Shown in pieces: positions 1-9,743 of a stretch of 64,000 nucleotides of DNA (positions are counted from its first letter, which is position 1; every line of letters begins with the position of its first letter). The translations under genes were made by a program, and so were the position numbers. The DNA comes from an uncultured virus (IMG/VR IMGVR_UViG_3300020599_000006) (lineage: Duplodnaviria; Heunggongvirae; Uroviricota; Caudoviricetes). Where the stretch lies: the IMG/VR virus record IMGVR_UViG_3300020599_000006; one strand, 5' to 3'. Under the pieces are notes generated by a model. That model ran no database searches. It was not told the DNA's origin and saw only the letters and a program-made list of their open reading frames with translations.

Positions 1-135
1 GCTGAAACCGGCAACTGGACCGCTACCTCCCCCGCTGATCAGCCGACCGGCACTATCAGTGTCGTGGCCAAGGACGCTGCCAACAACGTCAGCGAACCGG
101 CTACCGCCCCCTGGACCCACGTCGAGCCGCAGTAA
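1..135 (+). CDS. 3' end of a probable Ig-like domain virion protein (partial)
   Basis: Frame 1 reads AETGNWTATSPADQPTGTISVVAKDAANNVSEPATAPWTHVEPQ*, resembling bacterial Ig-like repeats (GNWT...VVAKDAAxNxS); followed by a hairpin. Confidence 0.6.
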   Translation, partial: AETGNWTATSPADQPTGTISVVAKDAANNVSEPATAPWTHVEPQ

Positions 136-154
136 TCGGCATAGGCAAGGTCAC

Positions 155-190
155 CATAAAAGCCCGGCATGTAGCCGGGCTTTTATGCCG
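155..190. terminator. Hairpin with CATA/TATGCCG flanks
   Basis: CATAAAAGCCCGGC-ATGTA-GCCGGGCTTTTATG-CCG inverted repeat. Confidence 0.75.
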
Positions 191-242
191 TCTGTCAAAG
201 AAAACACAGAGGACAGATGGTACGTATCTAGGAGAATTCTGC

Positions 243-1004
243 ATGAAACTGCCCGATAAAATCTACCTGGAACTGAGTCGAGGTCGTTACCTGGAAGTCG
301 AAGAGTACCTGATGGAGAAGTACGCCGAGCACTTTGGCGTACCGTGCGAGCGTTTCTCTCTGAAACACATGGAGCGTAACCGCATCAAGTTGGGTCCGAA
401 CGATTTCGTGGTAGGTAGCATTCAGGCCATCAGGGCAGCGATGCGCCAATACGGCAAGAAACTGGTTGAGCATACCCCTTATCCAAACGCCCTGAAGCAT
501 CTACTTCACCGTGAGGTAAGGTACTTCAATTCGCTGGGAGAAGCCAAGCAACTGCTAGACAAGGGTGAGTCGTATTTCATCAAACCGGCGAACTGGAAAA
601 GTTTCACAGGGTTCGTGACGTCTGTGAGCGACGACCATCGTTTCTTCGGTACGTCTAATCGGATACCGGCCTATGTTTCTACAGTGGTGCAATTCCAAAG
701 TGAATGGCGCTGCTACGTGGCCGATGGTGAATGGTTGGCTATCAGCTTTGCGGGTGATGAGAAAGCCGATCGTTATCCAATGCCGGATAAAGATGTAATC
801 CGCGAAGCCATCACTGAACTCACTGCCTCCGGGGAAGCCCCGGCCGGTTATGCCATTGACTTCGGGGTCCTCAATACCGGTGAAACAGCGCTGGTCGAAC
901 TCAATGACGGCTTCTCCATCGGTGCTTACGATGACGTAAACTTTACGCATTACGGCCAGGTTATCTATAGCCGTTGGCGTGAACTGATTGCAACCAAGGA
1001 ATAA
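243..1004 (+). CDS. ATP-grasp domain protein
   Basis: YFIKP..KSFTG, EWRCYV, YAIDFG, LVELNDGFSIGAY motifs; AGGAGA RBS. Confidence 0.75.
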   Translation: MKLPDKIYLELSRGRYLEVEEYLMEKYAEHFGVPCERFSLKHMERNRIKLGPNDFVVGSIQAIRAAMRQYGKKLVEHTPYPNALKHLLHREVRYFNSLGEAKQLLDKGESYFIKPANWKSFTGFVTSVSDDHRFFGTSNRIPAYVSTVVQFQSEWRCYVADGEWLAISFAGDEKADRYPMPDKDVIREAITELTASGEAPAGYAIDFGVLNTGETALVELNDGFSIGAYDDVNFTHYGQVIYSRWRELIATKE

Positions 1005-1006
1005 AC

Positions 1007-1471
1007 ATGGAAAACAAGACACCGTACACTTCGCTCCTCCAGAAACTGATCCTCGCTCACATCGAGTGGAACAACGAGATGCATGGTCGTTGTGACGTAT
1101 TTGTTGACACCGAAGGCACGGGAGACCCTGTGCTGCGTCAACACTCCTCCACGGACAACAAGATCGTGCTCAACCTGGGTGGCAACGCTACCAGCCGTCT
1201 AACCTTCCTCGATGAGGGCATCTCGGCGGGACTGTCGTTTGGCGGGAGGCAAACCCAGGTCTTCTTCCGTTACGACCAGATTATCGGCATCCGTGACTTC
1301 AATGGCAATCTGCATCCGGTCTGCACCCAGCTGGTATTGCACCCGATGGGTGTCATGCAGATTAACCTCTGCCCCAACCAGATCGTGGAAACGGAACGAC
1401 CAAAGGGTGACGATAGCCCTGAGGGCAAGTCGAAACCGGGTAACCGCCCTTCGTTGAAGGTGGTGAAGTGA
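1007..1471 (+). CDS. sspB: SspB-like ClpXP adaptor protein
   Basis: IVLNL..AT..L......S..LSFGG core and C-terminal RPSLKVVK resembling the SspB ClpX-binding tail. Confidence 0.7.
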   Translation: MENKTPYTSLLQKLILAHIEWNNEMHGRCDVFVDTEGTGDPVLRQHSSTDNKIVLNLGGNATSRLTFLDEGISAGLSFGGRQTQVFFRYDQIIGIRDFNGNLHPVCTQLVLHPMGVMQINLCPNQIVETERPKGDDSPEGKSKPGNRPSLKVVK

Positions 1472-1734
1472 TGGAGATCAATGTACAGCTGCGGGGAGAC
1501 TGTCAGGCTGAACTGGACGCCCAGCATCTTCGTACCAAGGCTGATCTAGAGCAACAAGGCTTCCATGAGTACACCATGGACAAGCTCGAACCGGGTGTCA
1601 TCAAGCTGACCTACGTGGACAGTAAGACCTGGGAGCGCCTGCGTGAGCAACTCGAAGCCTCTTGTCGGAACTCTCTCGGTAACATAGGACACGATATCAT
1701 TACTTCCGGCCTCACCGGCATCGCTCTTACCTGA
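1468..1734 (+). CDS. hypothetical protein
   Basis: 88-aa ORF overlapping the previous stop. Confidence 0.55.
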   Translation: MMEINVQLRGDCQAELDAQHLRTKADLEQQGFHEYTMDKLEPGVIKLTYVDSKTWERLREQLEASCRNSLGNIGHDIITSGLTGIALT

Positions 1735-1758
1735 TTAACCAACAAGGGGTGTAACACC

Positions 1759-2178
1759 ATGCGTAACTATATTGCTGCTGACGTACAAGCTTTCGCCGAA
1801 GGCCTCCGTGACAAAGACGGGCTGATTCCCGTGTACGACATCCGGGGTACCCATACCCGCTGGAATTACCAGGACCGTCCCGATCCGGAGAACGAAGGTG
1901 CTATCATCACCACCTGCCAACCCGATCCGACCTCCCTCACCCATGACCTGAAGATCAAGAAGATCGCGGTCTACGAAGGCCATAACGCTGTACTCAGCTA
2001 CGATCGCGTGGCCTTCGAAGTCGGCGGTGGTTGGCAGAAACGCCCGAACGAGAAGGGTGTGCTGGAAGATCACTACGTCCATGGTGTCAAGCGGGTGCTG
2101 TTCATCAACGAGGTCACCCCGCTGGATGGCGGTAGCGCCATCAAGACTCTCTGCGTCGACGAAGACTGGATCAACTGA
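1759..2178 (+). CDS. hypothetical protein
   Basis: ORF with AAGGGG RBS and phage-like codon use. Confidence 0.7.
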   Translation: MRNYIAADVQAFAEGLRDKDGLIPVYDIRGTHTRWNYQDRPDPENEGAIITTCQPDPTSLTHDLKIKKIAVYEGHNAVLSYDRVAFEVGGGWQKRPNEKGVLEDHYVHGVKRVLFINEVTPLDGGSAIKTLCVDEDWIN

Positions 2179-2179
2179 C

Positions 2180-2509
2180 ATGGGACGGGACATCGGCCTC
2201 TACCAGATCGACAAAGAACATTTCGACGCACATGTCGAACCCGGCACCCGTCAAGCAGATAACTTCATGGACAATCGGTCGGGGAAAGTGAAGGAGATCG
2301 CTGACTTCCGGAACCGTTACGACATCTTGAAAAAGCTCGAATATACCTTCGGTGGGGAGTCACGGCAGTGTTACTACTGTGAACTGTCACTGGAGACGTT
2401 GAAGCGACTGCTGGAAAGCCACATACCGGCAGACTTACGGGCTACCATCGATAGTCTGCTACGTACGGTCGATTTCAGCAAAACTGTTATCGCATTCAAG
2501 TGGTGCTAA
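2180..2509 (+). CDS. hypothetical protein
   Basis: ATG directly after the previous stop (MGRDIGLY...). Confidence 0.6.
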   Translation: MGRDIGLYQIDKEHFDAHVEPGTRQADNFMDNRSGKVKEIADFRNRYDILKKLEYTFGGESRQCYYCELSLETLKRLLESHIPADLRATIDSLLRTVDFSKTVIAFKWC

Positions 2510-2528
2510 TCGAACGCTAGGGGGCGTA

Positions 2529-2765
2529 ATGAATCGCCGAGACTTCCTCGGCGGGTTGATCAAGACAGCTGCTGCGGTAGCTGTCTTGGGACCCGTTGTG
2601 CTTAAACCGACTGCTGCGGTAGCCGTAGCAACACAAGAGGAACTTGTAGCTGCCTGGAAGGAGCAGATCACGGAAACCCTGATCAATCAACTCCGCGAAT
2701 GCATTTACGATGAGCTACAAAATTCCAACTACCATCGGATGATCGAACAAGGATACCTGAAATGA
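2529..2765 (+). CDS. small protein with twin-arginine-like N-terminus
   Basis: MNRRDFLGG followed by a hydrophobic stretch; stop overlaps the thyA start. Confidence 0.6.
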   Translation: MNRRDFLGGLIKTAAAVAVLGPVVLKPTAAVAVATQEELVAAWKEQITETLINQLRECIYDELQNSNYHRMIEQGYLK

Positions 2766-4204
2766 AAGCCTACTTAGATTTGATGCGTCACATTCGAGAC
2801 TTCGGCGTTTTCAAAGAAGATCGGACGGGTACGGGAACCCTCAGTGTGTTTGGCTACCAGATGCGCTTCGATCTAAGCGAGGGTTTTCCCCTCGTTACGA
2901 CCAAGAAGTGCCACCTGAAGTCGATCATCCACGAACTGCTGTGGTTCCTCAAGGGCGAGACCAATGTCCGCTACCTGAAAGAAAACGGCGTCTCCATCTG
3001 GGACGAGTGGGTCGATCCTGATACTGCTGTTTACAAGGAACTCTCTGTCCAAGAACGTCTGGATACCATCAAGAAGTCTGACGAGGCGACGATCGGGAAG
3101 GTCCTCGCATTCTTCAAGAAGTACGAGGGTAACCCCGAGCTGGAAGCGCACGAATACCTGCTGGCCGGTAATCGATACCTGATCAACCGGAACGGCTATG
3201 ACTTCCTGCCGGATTTCCTCGACAAGTGCGGTATCGATGATGAGAAACTGGTCTCTGGTGAACTGGGACCTGTCTACGGCAAGCAATGGCGCTCCTGGCC
3301 GAATCCCACTCGTCCGAAGGAGCTGGAAACCCCCCAGCGTATCGATCTGTGGAACCAACACGCCACGGCCAACTTCCCGTATTCAGGCGAACTGCTGAAG
3401 GAAATGGCCGACATCATCGACGACACGGCCACCAATTTCAAGCCGTGGGTGTTCGCCGACTACTCGAAGAAGGCAGCCCAAGTGTGGGGCTACCAAGAGG
3501 GCATCTCCAAGCTGTTTGCTATCTTCGACGTACCGACACATGTCGTCGATCCGGAAGGTTCCATCGACCAGATCAGCAACCTGATCGACATGCTGAAGAA
3601 TAATCCAGACAGCCGTCGTCTGATCGTTTCGGCCTGGAACCCAGCACAGGTGGACATAATGGCCCTCCCACCTTGCCACTGCCTATTCCAGTTCTACAGT
3701 GCTCCGTTGTCAATTAAGGAGCGCAGCAAGCTCGTCTCGAAGAAGGGTCAGGAGGCGCTTGATCAGTTCGCAGAACACATCTTGGCCGTTCGTGGTCCGG
3801 TAGGTGAGATGAAAGAACTCGATGTAGAAGTTGAGCGGCAGCATCATGAGTTCCTCGACAACATGGGCATTCCGTCCCGTAAGCTTTCCTGCCAACTGTA
3901 CCAACGCAGCATGGACGTTTTCTTAGGTTGCCCCTTCAACATCGCGTCCTACGCGTTGCTAACCATGATGATCGCCCAGGTCACCAATCATGTCGCTGGT
4001 GAGTTCATTCACACCTCTGGGGATACCCATCTCTATTCCAACCATTTGGAACAAGCTGATCTACAATTGTCACGTACGCCGCACAAGCTGCCGACCATGA
4101 AGATCAATCCGGAAGTTACCAATCTCTTCGACTTCCAGTACGAGGACTTCGAGTTGGTGGGTTACGAGTGCGACCCGGCTATCTCTGCCCCGGTGGCGGT
4201 GTGA
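2762..4204 (+). CDS. thyA: thymidylate synthase with three large insertions
   Basis: [35 protein letters not shown], YQRSxD, PFNIASY, GDTHLY motifs; 480 aa. Confidence 0.97.
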   Translation: MKAYLDLMRHIRDFGVFKEDRTGTGTLSVFGYQMRFDLSEGFPLVTTKKCHLKSIIHELLWFLKGETNVRYLKENGVSIWDEWVDPDTAVYKELSVQERLDTIKKSDEATIGKVLAFFKKYEGNPELEAHEYLLAGNRYLINRNGYDFLPDFLDKCGIDDEKLVSGELGPVYGKQWRSWPNPTRPKELETPQRIDLWNQHATANFPYSGELLKEMADIIDDTATNFKPWVFADYSKKAAQVWGYQEGISKLFAIFDVPTHVVDPEGSIDQISNLIDMLKNNPDSRRLIVSAWNPAQVDIMALPPCHCLFQFYSAPLSIKERSKLVSKKGQEALDQFAEHILAVRGPVGEMKELDVEVERQHHEFLDNMGIPSRKLSCQLYQRSMDVFLGCPFNIASYALLTMMIAQVTNHVAGEFIHTSGDTHLYSNHLEQADLQLSRTPHKLPTMKINPEVTNLFDFQYEDFELVGYECDPAISAPVAV

Positions 4205-4449
4205 TCCAAGGAACGCGGGCCCAAGCGACCCGCGACTTCCATAAACGACTCATGGGTGAACGTCTGCGTAAAGCCCGCAAGGGTGCTGGTTTCACCCAGA
4301 AGGAGTTTGCCAAGAAGCTCAACATCAGCGTCAGTACGCTTTCGCTTGTTGAGTCAGGTGAACACGTAATGGCCCATTCATTGGACTATTACGTCAAGCT
4401 TATCTGTCAGGAACTGAATATCAACATCAGCGAAATCACTGACGGATAG
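4201..4449 (+). CDS. XRE-family HTH protein
   Basis: [35 protein letters not shown] start overlapping the thyA stop. Confidence 0.75.
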   Translation: MIQGTRAQATRDFHKRLMGERLRKARKGAGFTQKEFAKKLNISVSTLSLVESGEHVMAHSLDYYVKLICQELNINISEITDG

Positions 4450-4471
4450 AGTTAAGGTTTTTTCATGAGGT

Positions 4472-4789
4472 ATGCAAATGGACAATAAAGAGTCTACCAA
4501 TCCTTACAAAGTGTATTCTTGCCGGTTTGAATTCTCGCACGACTACACGGCATTTTTGGTCCAAGCTGATAAGCAGGGAATCCAAGTATCGACCAACAAA
4601 TTCAGGTCAGTTTGCGCCGAGAACGGGTTCGTGCTTCCTGACGTTCACGTCGAGTTTCGCGCAGAAGCTGAACTTGAAGCTCTGCGCAACGTCATGCGCG
4701 CCGGTAGCGATTTGCATGTAGGGCTTCAGACACTCAGACCGGTGGTTCTCGATGAGAATTCATTAGAGCGTGATTGGGACATTCGTTAA
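4472..4789 (+). CDS. hypothetical protein
   Basis: 105-aa ORF with GAGG upstream. Confidence 0.6.
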   Translation: MQMDNKESTNPYKVYSCRFEFSHDYTAFLVQADKQGIQVSTNKFRSVCAENGFVLPDVHVEFRAEAELEALRNVMRAGSDLHVGLQTLRPVVLDENSLERDWDIR

Positions 4790-4882
4790 GGCTACCGGGG
4801 AGCTTAGGCTCCTCCGTCCTGATGGCAGTCTCGACATCTTCAAAGTTGTCACCCAAGTTGAGCAGAAGAAGGCAAGTAAACC

Positions 4883-5296
4883 ATGAGTAAGAAAGCACAA
4901 ACCGTCACTGTTGAGTTCCTCGGCACTGATGTCAAGATCGAGAACGTGCGTGTGGTGGATATCGGTCGTGGTAACGGCGGTTCGATGATCCATCTTGACG
5001 TACGGCATCAGGCAGTTATCCTGCACTCTGCCTTTGCCTGCGTCAACCGCGTATTGGTTGAGCCGGTCGAGTTCACCTTGCATCGTCTCCTGGATGGTCC
5101 GCGTTACTTCCAGGAAGAAGGTGGTACTGTCAAGATAGACATCGATGCTTACACAGTTGTCAAGGTGTCCAATCCGTGCTTCCACCTGGATCGTATCGGT
5201 GAGGGTTATCGACTCACCCATTCGACTCCTGAGGGCTTCATCCAGGAGATGGCGTCAGTCACTGGTATCCGTCTGACACCAACCGATTCGAATTAA
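4883..5296 (+). CDS. hypothetical protein
   Basis: 137-aa ORF collinear with neighbours. Confidence 0.65.
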   Translation: MSKKAQTVTVEFLGTDVKIENVRVVDIGRGNGGSMIHLDVRHQAVILHSAFACVNRVLVEPVEFTLHRLLDGPRYFQEEGGTVKIDIDAYTVVKVSNPCFHLDRIGEGYRLTHSTPEGFIQEMASVTGIRLTPTDSN

Positions 5297-5297
5297 G

Positions 5298-5321
5298 TTC
5301 AACGAAACATTATTCTCCTGA
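5298..5321 (+). promoter_or_regulatory. putative phage promoter (TTC-N6-ACATTAT-N5-TGA)
   Basis: TTC AACGAA ACATTAT TCTCC TGA, intergenic; same spacing at other sites. Confidence 0.55.
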
Positions 5322-5359
5322 CTTTATCGAACCACTAACTTATTACACGGGGGTGTAAC

Positions 5360-5632
5360 ATGCTCAATGGCATGGTGATTTCACTGGATCGTCTTCTCAA
5401 CTTAGGCAAAGAGGAAGAACCCCGGATCACTTACTATCTGGGTATAAGCAACGACCCTAAAACCCATCTCCCCTGGGAATTCACCAGCGAGACCAATGCT
5501 CGGGCTACGCGGGATATTCTTCAGGAGATGACCGTAGTGGAACGTGTTTCTGTCTTCACTGGAGTGGTGGATCACCCCGTGGTGATGGCAAACGAGCGTC
5601 TGCTGAAGATATTTCGCCGTAACCCTAAGTAA
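5360..5632 (+). CDS. hypothetical protein
   Basis: ORF with GGGGG RBS downstream of the promoter motif. Confidence 0.6.
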   Translation: MLNGMVISLDRLLNLGKEEEPRITYYLGISNDPKTHLPWEFTSETNARATRDILQEMTVVERVSVFTGVVDHPVVMANERLLKIFRRNPK

Positions 5633-5651
5633 GCGCACAAGGACCAGCTAG

Positions 5652-5918
5652 ATGACCACCGTTACACCGGAAGAGTTCATGAAACAGTTCCGTCAACATG
5701 AGCGTGCACTGGTAGTGCTGCATGGGAAGATTCCCGATCAGGTGCCGTGCTACCTGACGAAATATCCAACGCCTCTTCCGGACGATGCTCCGGCGAGTAA
5801 GCTCTTTACTCGTCTGCAAAACCTCCTGCCAGTGGGTACCTGGAACCTGCTGAAGGCTGACAAAATGCGCATCATGAACCGTAGAGCCTTACTCAAGGGT
5901 ATCCGGTTCAAGGAGTGA
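5652..5918 (+). CDS. hypothetical protein
   Basis: ORF with AAGGA RBS. Confidence 0.6.
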   Translation: MTTVTPEEFMKQFRQHERALVVLHGKIPDQVPCYLTKYPTPLPDDAPASKLFTRLQNLLPVGTWNLLKADKMRIMNRRALLKGIRFKE

Positions 5919-5919
5919 C

Positions 5920-6549
5920 GTGATGAAAGGATTGCCCTTTGCTTTTCGTAGAAACATGGTTGAACGGCTCAAGCTGACCGAGAAGAATATAGGAATAGTC
6001 CTCTCGACCAGCTTATCGGACCTGTGTGGATGGGAGATGCTACCGGATGTACTGCATCGTGAGGAATCCATTGGCGATAACTTCCGTGCTGCTCTGCGCA
6101 TCCGCATCAAGCCAGCTTTCCCGGAGCTGACCATCGGTGATTCCGCTGGCATGGAACTTGAGTTCTGTTCTGACATCCGTTGTATCCTGGATAACGTGGA
6201 GATGAACAGCATCAAGCCCTTTATGACAGTGCGCATGTTCTGCGGGACGATACCGACCATTCTTAAGAATGATTCGGCCGTCAATGAGAGGATCGAAGCC
6301 TTCTTTGACAGATACCTTACCCGACCAGGTATTTCGGAGGCTGTCTGGGAGCATTTGGTCTATATGCTCAAAGTCCGTAATTTCCTCATTATCAACGCCC
6401 GGTGCGTTGTCCTCGAAGAGACAGATCTGACCATGCGGGTGAATGCCACTCTCCCGGGAAGAGACGGTTACATCGCAGTCACCTGGGACTTTGAGCGAGC
6501 CATTGACGATCTCGCCACCACCGGTCAATACCCTGCTTCAACTACCTAG
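5920..6549 (+). CDS. hypothetical protein
   Basis: 209-aa ORF with AAGGAG RBS. Confidence 0.65.
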   Translation: MMKGLPFAFRRNMVERLKLTEKNIGIVLSTSLSDLCGWEMLPDVLHREESIGDNFRAALRIRIKPAFPELTIGDSAGMELEFCSDIRCILDNVEMNSIKPFMTVRMFCGTIPTILKNDSAVNERIEAFFDRYLTRPGISEAVWEHLVYMLKVRNFLIINARCVVLEETDLTMRVNATLPGRDGYIAVTWDFERAIDDLATTGQYPASTT

Positions 6550-6557
6550 GACATTTC

Positions 6558-6755
6558 ATGACCCGAGAAGATCTCACCCGTGCCATCCTGGATGCGCAAG
6601 TCACCAAGCCTGCTGGCATCATCACCGGCACCAGTAACTGGGCCGCCTGGATTGCCGATCAAGTGATCCAAGCCAGTAATACACCGATGGACGTCTGCGC
6701 TGAACAGACTGAACTCCCTGTCCACGTGCCAATGTGTCCGATCGAAAAGACCTGA
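6558..6755 (+). CDS. hypothetical protein
   Basis: 65-aa ORF with AGGA RBS. Confidence 0.5.
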   Translation: MTREDLTRAILDAQVTKPAGIITGTSNWAAWIADQVIQASNTPMDVCAEQTELPVHVPMCPIEKT

Positions 6756-6828
6756 TCCACCCAAGGACCGTAGAAGGGGTGGCCTTCTACGCAATCCTAG
6801 ACCTCGGCCCACCACTAGACCTGGATAT

Positions 6829-7305
6829 ATGACCATGAAAAAGAAACAGTTCGACTGGGGTAACGTCTACAAAGCACTAGTACCGGTGCTGGACCACTCT
6901 GCATCCCTTGAGGGGAATGCGAACATCAGCTTCCAACTGGAAGACACGCGAACCATTGCCATGGGCGGTGGGCGGCAAGTCGGTCTCACCTCCTGGGCCA
7001 TCCGAGAGCTGGTTAAAGATGACAATGCCATCCTGATCTCTCTGGATCGCACACATCGACTCCAGCATGTGCTCCAGTTCAAGGAACTCTACGGTAACGG
7101 TGGTGCACTCAAGGCACGCCGTAAGTTCTTCACGGCCACGGACTTCGAATCCATGGATGAGGCATTGCTCAGCAAGATTCTTAAGAAAACCAAGCGGGTT
7201 TTCATCGATGATGCTGGCGCCAACCATCGCTGCGGTATGGTCTACAACTACCTGGCTGAACACGTCGATGCCAAGAGCGTGATCATCGTGAAAATGGGAG
7301 TTTGA
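6829..7305 (+). CDS. hypothetical protein, possible degenerate P-loop fold
   Basis: GGGRQVGLT and VFIDD motifs. Confidence 0.55.
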   Translation: MTMKKKQFDWGNVYKALVPVLDHSASLEGNANISFQLEDTRTIAMGGGRQVGLTSWAIRELVKDDNAILISLDRTHRLQHVLQFKELYGNGGALKARRKFFTATDFESMDEALLSKILKKTKRVFIDDAGANHRCGMVYNYLAEHVDAKSVIIVKMGV

Positions 7306-7311
7306 AGTACC

Positions 7312-8115
7312 GTGGACAAGAGTGTAGTCGAACTGATGAAACTGCTGCTCCTCGAGACGAATGACCCCACCGGGTTGACGTTTATCGACAAGCTGGAGCG
7401 TTTTGTCAACCCTCTCCCAGAGGTCGAGCGTACCAACCGTGGGATTACCGTAACCTGCGTGGATGATTTACCGCAATGGCTGTACGGTCTCTATGGACCT
7501 GAAGTCGAGCGTGGTATCCGCCTTATGTACTACGGCGCGTATGGTAAAGAAACCGATCCTAAATCCTGGTACGGTCGCTTCATTATCTGGCTGGCTAAGC
7601 GGTACGCCATCTATCACCATGACCGCATCAACCAAGTGCGGCGCTACACAGGGGGACCTTACTGGAAGCATCCTGAAGAGGTGGCCCTCATCATAGCGAG
7701 GCGGGGTGGTTCTGCTGAGCAGATTGCCGCTGCATGGCTACATGACGTAGTGGAAGACACAGAAGCCACCATGGATAGTGTTTACCGCTGGTTCGGTTGG
7801 ACCATAGGCCATATGGTCGAAGGTCTCACGGACGTCTCGCGCCCCGAAGACGGAAATCGCGCGATCCGTAAGGCCATCGATCGACATCATTTGTCTCAGC
7901 AGATTGACAAGGTCAAAAGGATCAAGCTGGTCGACCTTGAGTGCAATGCACGAGGTATCTTCAAGCACGACCCTGACTTCGGTGTAAAGTATGCCAGTGA
8001 GATGGAGCTGTGTGTGCCTCTGTTGGCCTCCGCCGACGAAGAGCTGGCAGGTCACATTCTTGGGCTGATCGCTGAGTTCAGGAAACGCCGTTTCGGTAGT
8101 GAAGAAGAGCAATAA
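7312..8115 (+). CDS. HD-domain hydrolase, SpoT/Mesh1-like
   Basis: PYWKHPEEVA, AAAWLHDVVEDT, VEGLTD, IKLVD..CN motifs. Confidence 0.8.
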   Translation: MDKSVVELMKLLLLETNDPTGLTFIDKLERFVNPLPEVERTNRGITVTCVDDLPQWLYGLYGPEVERGIRLMYYGAYGKETDPKSWYGRFIIWLAKRYAIYHHDRINQVRRYTGGPYWKHPEEVALIIARRGGSAEQIAAAWLHDVVEDTEATMDSVYRWFGWTIGHMVEGLTDVSRPEDGNRAIRKAIDRHHLSQQIDKVKRIKLVDLECNARGIFKHDPDFGVKYASEMELCVPLLASADEELAGHILGLIAEFRKRRFGSEEEQ

Positions 8116-8162
8116 GGCATACAGCCAGGGACCTTCGAGGTCCCTGGCTTATTCCCTTTTTA
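8116..8162 (+). terminator. intrinsic terminator
   Basis: AGCCAGGGACCT-TCG-AGGTCCCTGGCT followed by a T-rich tract. Confidence 0.75.
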
Positions 8163-8168
8163 TTTCGT

Positions 8169-8192
8169 TTCGATCCTACATTATCGGATTGA
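8169..8192 (+). promoter_or_regulatory. putative phage promoter
   Basis: TTC GATCCT ACATTAT CGGAT TGA. Confidence 0.6.
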
Positions 8193-8222
8193 TGCGATAA
8201 CCAATAAATAAAGGGGTGCTCC

Positions 8223-8864
8223 ATGACAACTGTTTTCTTTGACGGCCAAATCATAGCCGTTGACAGCATGTCGACTATGAAGAAGGCTACTACCAACCGC
8301 TGCATCGAGTGCGGAACCAATGCGTCAGAATTGGCGGAATATCGCAGCAAGATCAGGGTGCCGAAGTGGGAAGGTAAGTCTGTAATTTATCCTGGGACAA
8401 CGCACACTATCCTAGGCTTGACGGGCGCGGGCGACGGTTACCTGATAGACGCCGTATCGGAAGGCCTGGCGCGCGGTCTGCCGCTCAATGGAGTAGTAGC
8501 TACCATCTTCACCTCCAAAGGAAAGGGTCAGGGTGCGAAGATGACAGAAACTAGCATCTTGTTAGCCACCACTCATGGCGTATTCAATTATCACATAGGC
8601 ACTAACGGAAAAGTGACTGTGGATCGAGAAGAGGGCCCTTACGCATCTGGTAGCGGTCGGACTGCCGCTATGCTGGCCTATCGCTACCTTAACCAGAATG
8701 CCATCGGTGCGGTTGCCATGGCCACGCTGGTGGATAAGTGGTCGGCCGGACCGATCAATTACCTCGATCTCAGCGATGAGAAACCCGAGGTGAAACGCTG
8801 GGCACCCACCAAAGAAGAACTCGAAAGTCTGTTTGAGGAATTTCATCGTGCTGAGACTAAGTGA
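8223..8864 (+). CDS. HslV/proteasome-beta-like Ntn hydrolase
   Basis: M-TT start, IAVDS, ASGSGRTAA, DKWSAG motifs. Confidence 0.65.
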   Translation: MTTVFFDGQIIAVDSMSTMKKATTNRCIECGTNASELAEYRSKIRVPKWEGKSVIYPGTTHTILGLTGAGDGYLIDAVSEGLARGLPLNGVVATIFTSKGKGQGAKMTETSILLATTHGVFNYHIGTNGKVTVDREEGPYASGSGRTAAMLAYRYLNQNAIGAVAMATLVDKWSAGPINYLDLSDEKPEVKRWAPTKEELESLFEEFHRAETK

Positions 8865-9282
8865 TACGGCGCTGCTGTTTGCCAGTTGCGAAGACAAAAT
8901 TGGTGCACTGGAGTACGCTCTGGAAGTGCACGACATGCCCCTCACCACCGACCTCATCAGTCTTGGCGATGTCGAATTAGACACACTAATCGATACCGTA
9001 CGTTCGATGGCAGCACTGAACGATCTGCGGCTGACAGCGATCAAGGTCCCAGGCGGCGGCTACCGTCTGCGCACTGCATTTCTGTTGTCGGGTGAAACAG
9101 CAGACACCCCGGTCTGGGGCTATGTGGTAACAGTGAACCGCGCCAATCCCCTCGCCCTCCCTCCTCGCAACAACTGGGAGTTACTCTACAGTCTCGTTTG
9201 CACGCAAGAGGGGCTGGCTGCGACGGCTGGCTTGCGCACTAGCATCGCTTGCCACAAAATCAAGTCTGGAACATCCGCATGA
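8848..9282 (+). CDS. hypothetical protein (start uncertain)
   Basis: ORF filling the gap; GAGGA upstream of an in-frame GTG. Confidence 0.5.
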   Translation: MLRLSDTALLFASCEDKIGALEYALEVHDMPLTTDLISLGDVELDTLIDTVRSMAALNDLRLTAIKVPGGGYRLRTAFLLSGETADTPVWGYVVTVNRANPLALPPRNNWELLYSLVCTQEGLAATAGLRTSIACHKIKSGTSA

Positions 9283-9743
9283 ATAGGCCCTATGAAGACG
9301 TAGAAGTCTACACCTACGTGCGAGACTTCAAGTTGCCCTACAAGGACAACACGCCGATTGCTCACGACGACCCCATTACCTGCATGGCCATGGAGGAGTT
9401 TCTGGAGCGCGTACGGCGCCCTCAGGCGATGTTTGGCGAGAAGACTTCGCCTGAACCAAAAGAAGGCATGTCCGCTCTCGATTTCTATCACCGTATACTG
9501 GAGATTGATGCGAACCAGGTAGGCATCATCATCTTTGCTGGCCAGTACAGCATGGATGGCGTGCTCACACTGTACTGGCAGCCGCACTTTGCTTTCCGTG
9601 GCATCGGGGTAGACTTCGAGAAATCTCAGCTTGCACCGCGCATGGAGTGCGAGCCATCCGAACTCCCTGGTTACAGCCGCATAACCCGCCTAATCACCTG
9701 CGACTTGATCGCAGCTCCACTTGACCCCAAGGAAGTGTCATGA
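9279..9743 (+). CDS. hypothetical protein
   Basis: ATGA overlap with the previous stop. Confidence 0.6.
   Translation: MNRPYEDVEVYTYVRDFKLPYKDNTPIAHDDPITCMAMEEFLERVRRPQAMFGEKTSPEPKEGMSALDFYHRILEIDANQVGIIIFAGQYSMDGVLTLYWQPHFAFRGIGVDFEKSQLAPRMECEPSELPGYSRITRLITCDLIAAPLDPKEVS

Noticed and set aside
2762..4204. dCMP hydroxymethylase or intein-containing ThyA
   Set aside because: The PFN Asn indicates dUMP specificity, and the inserts lack intein terminal residues.
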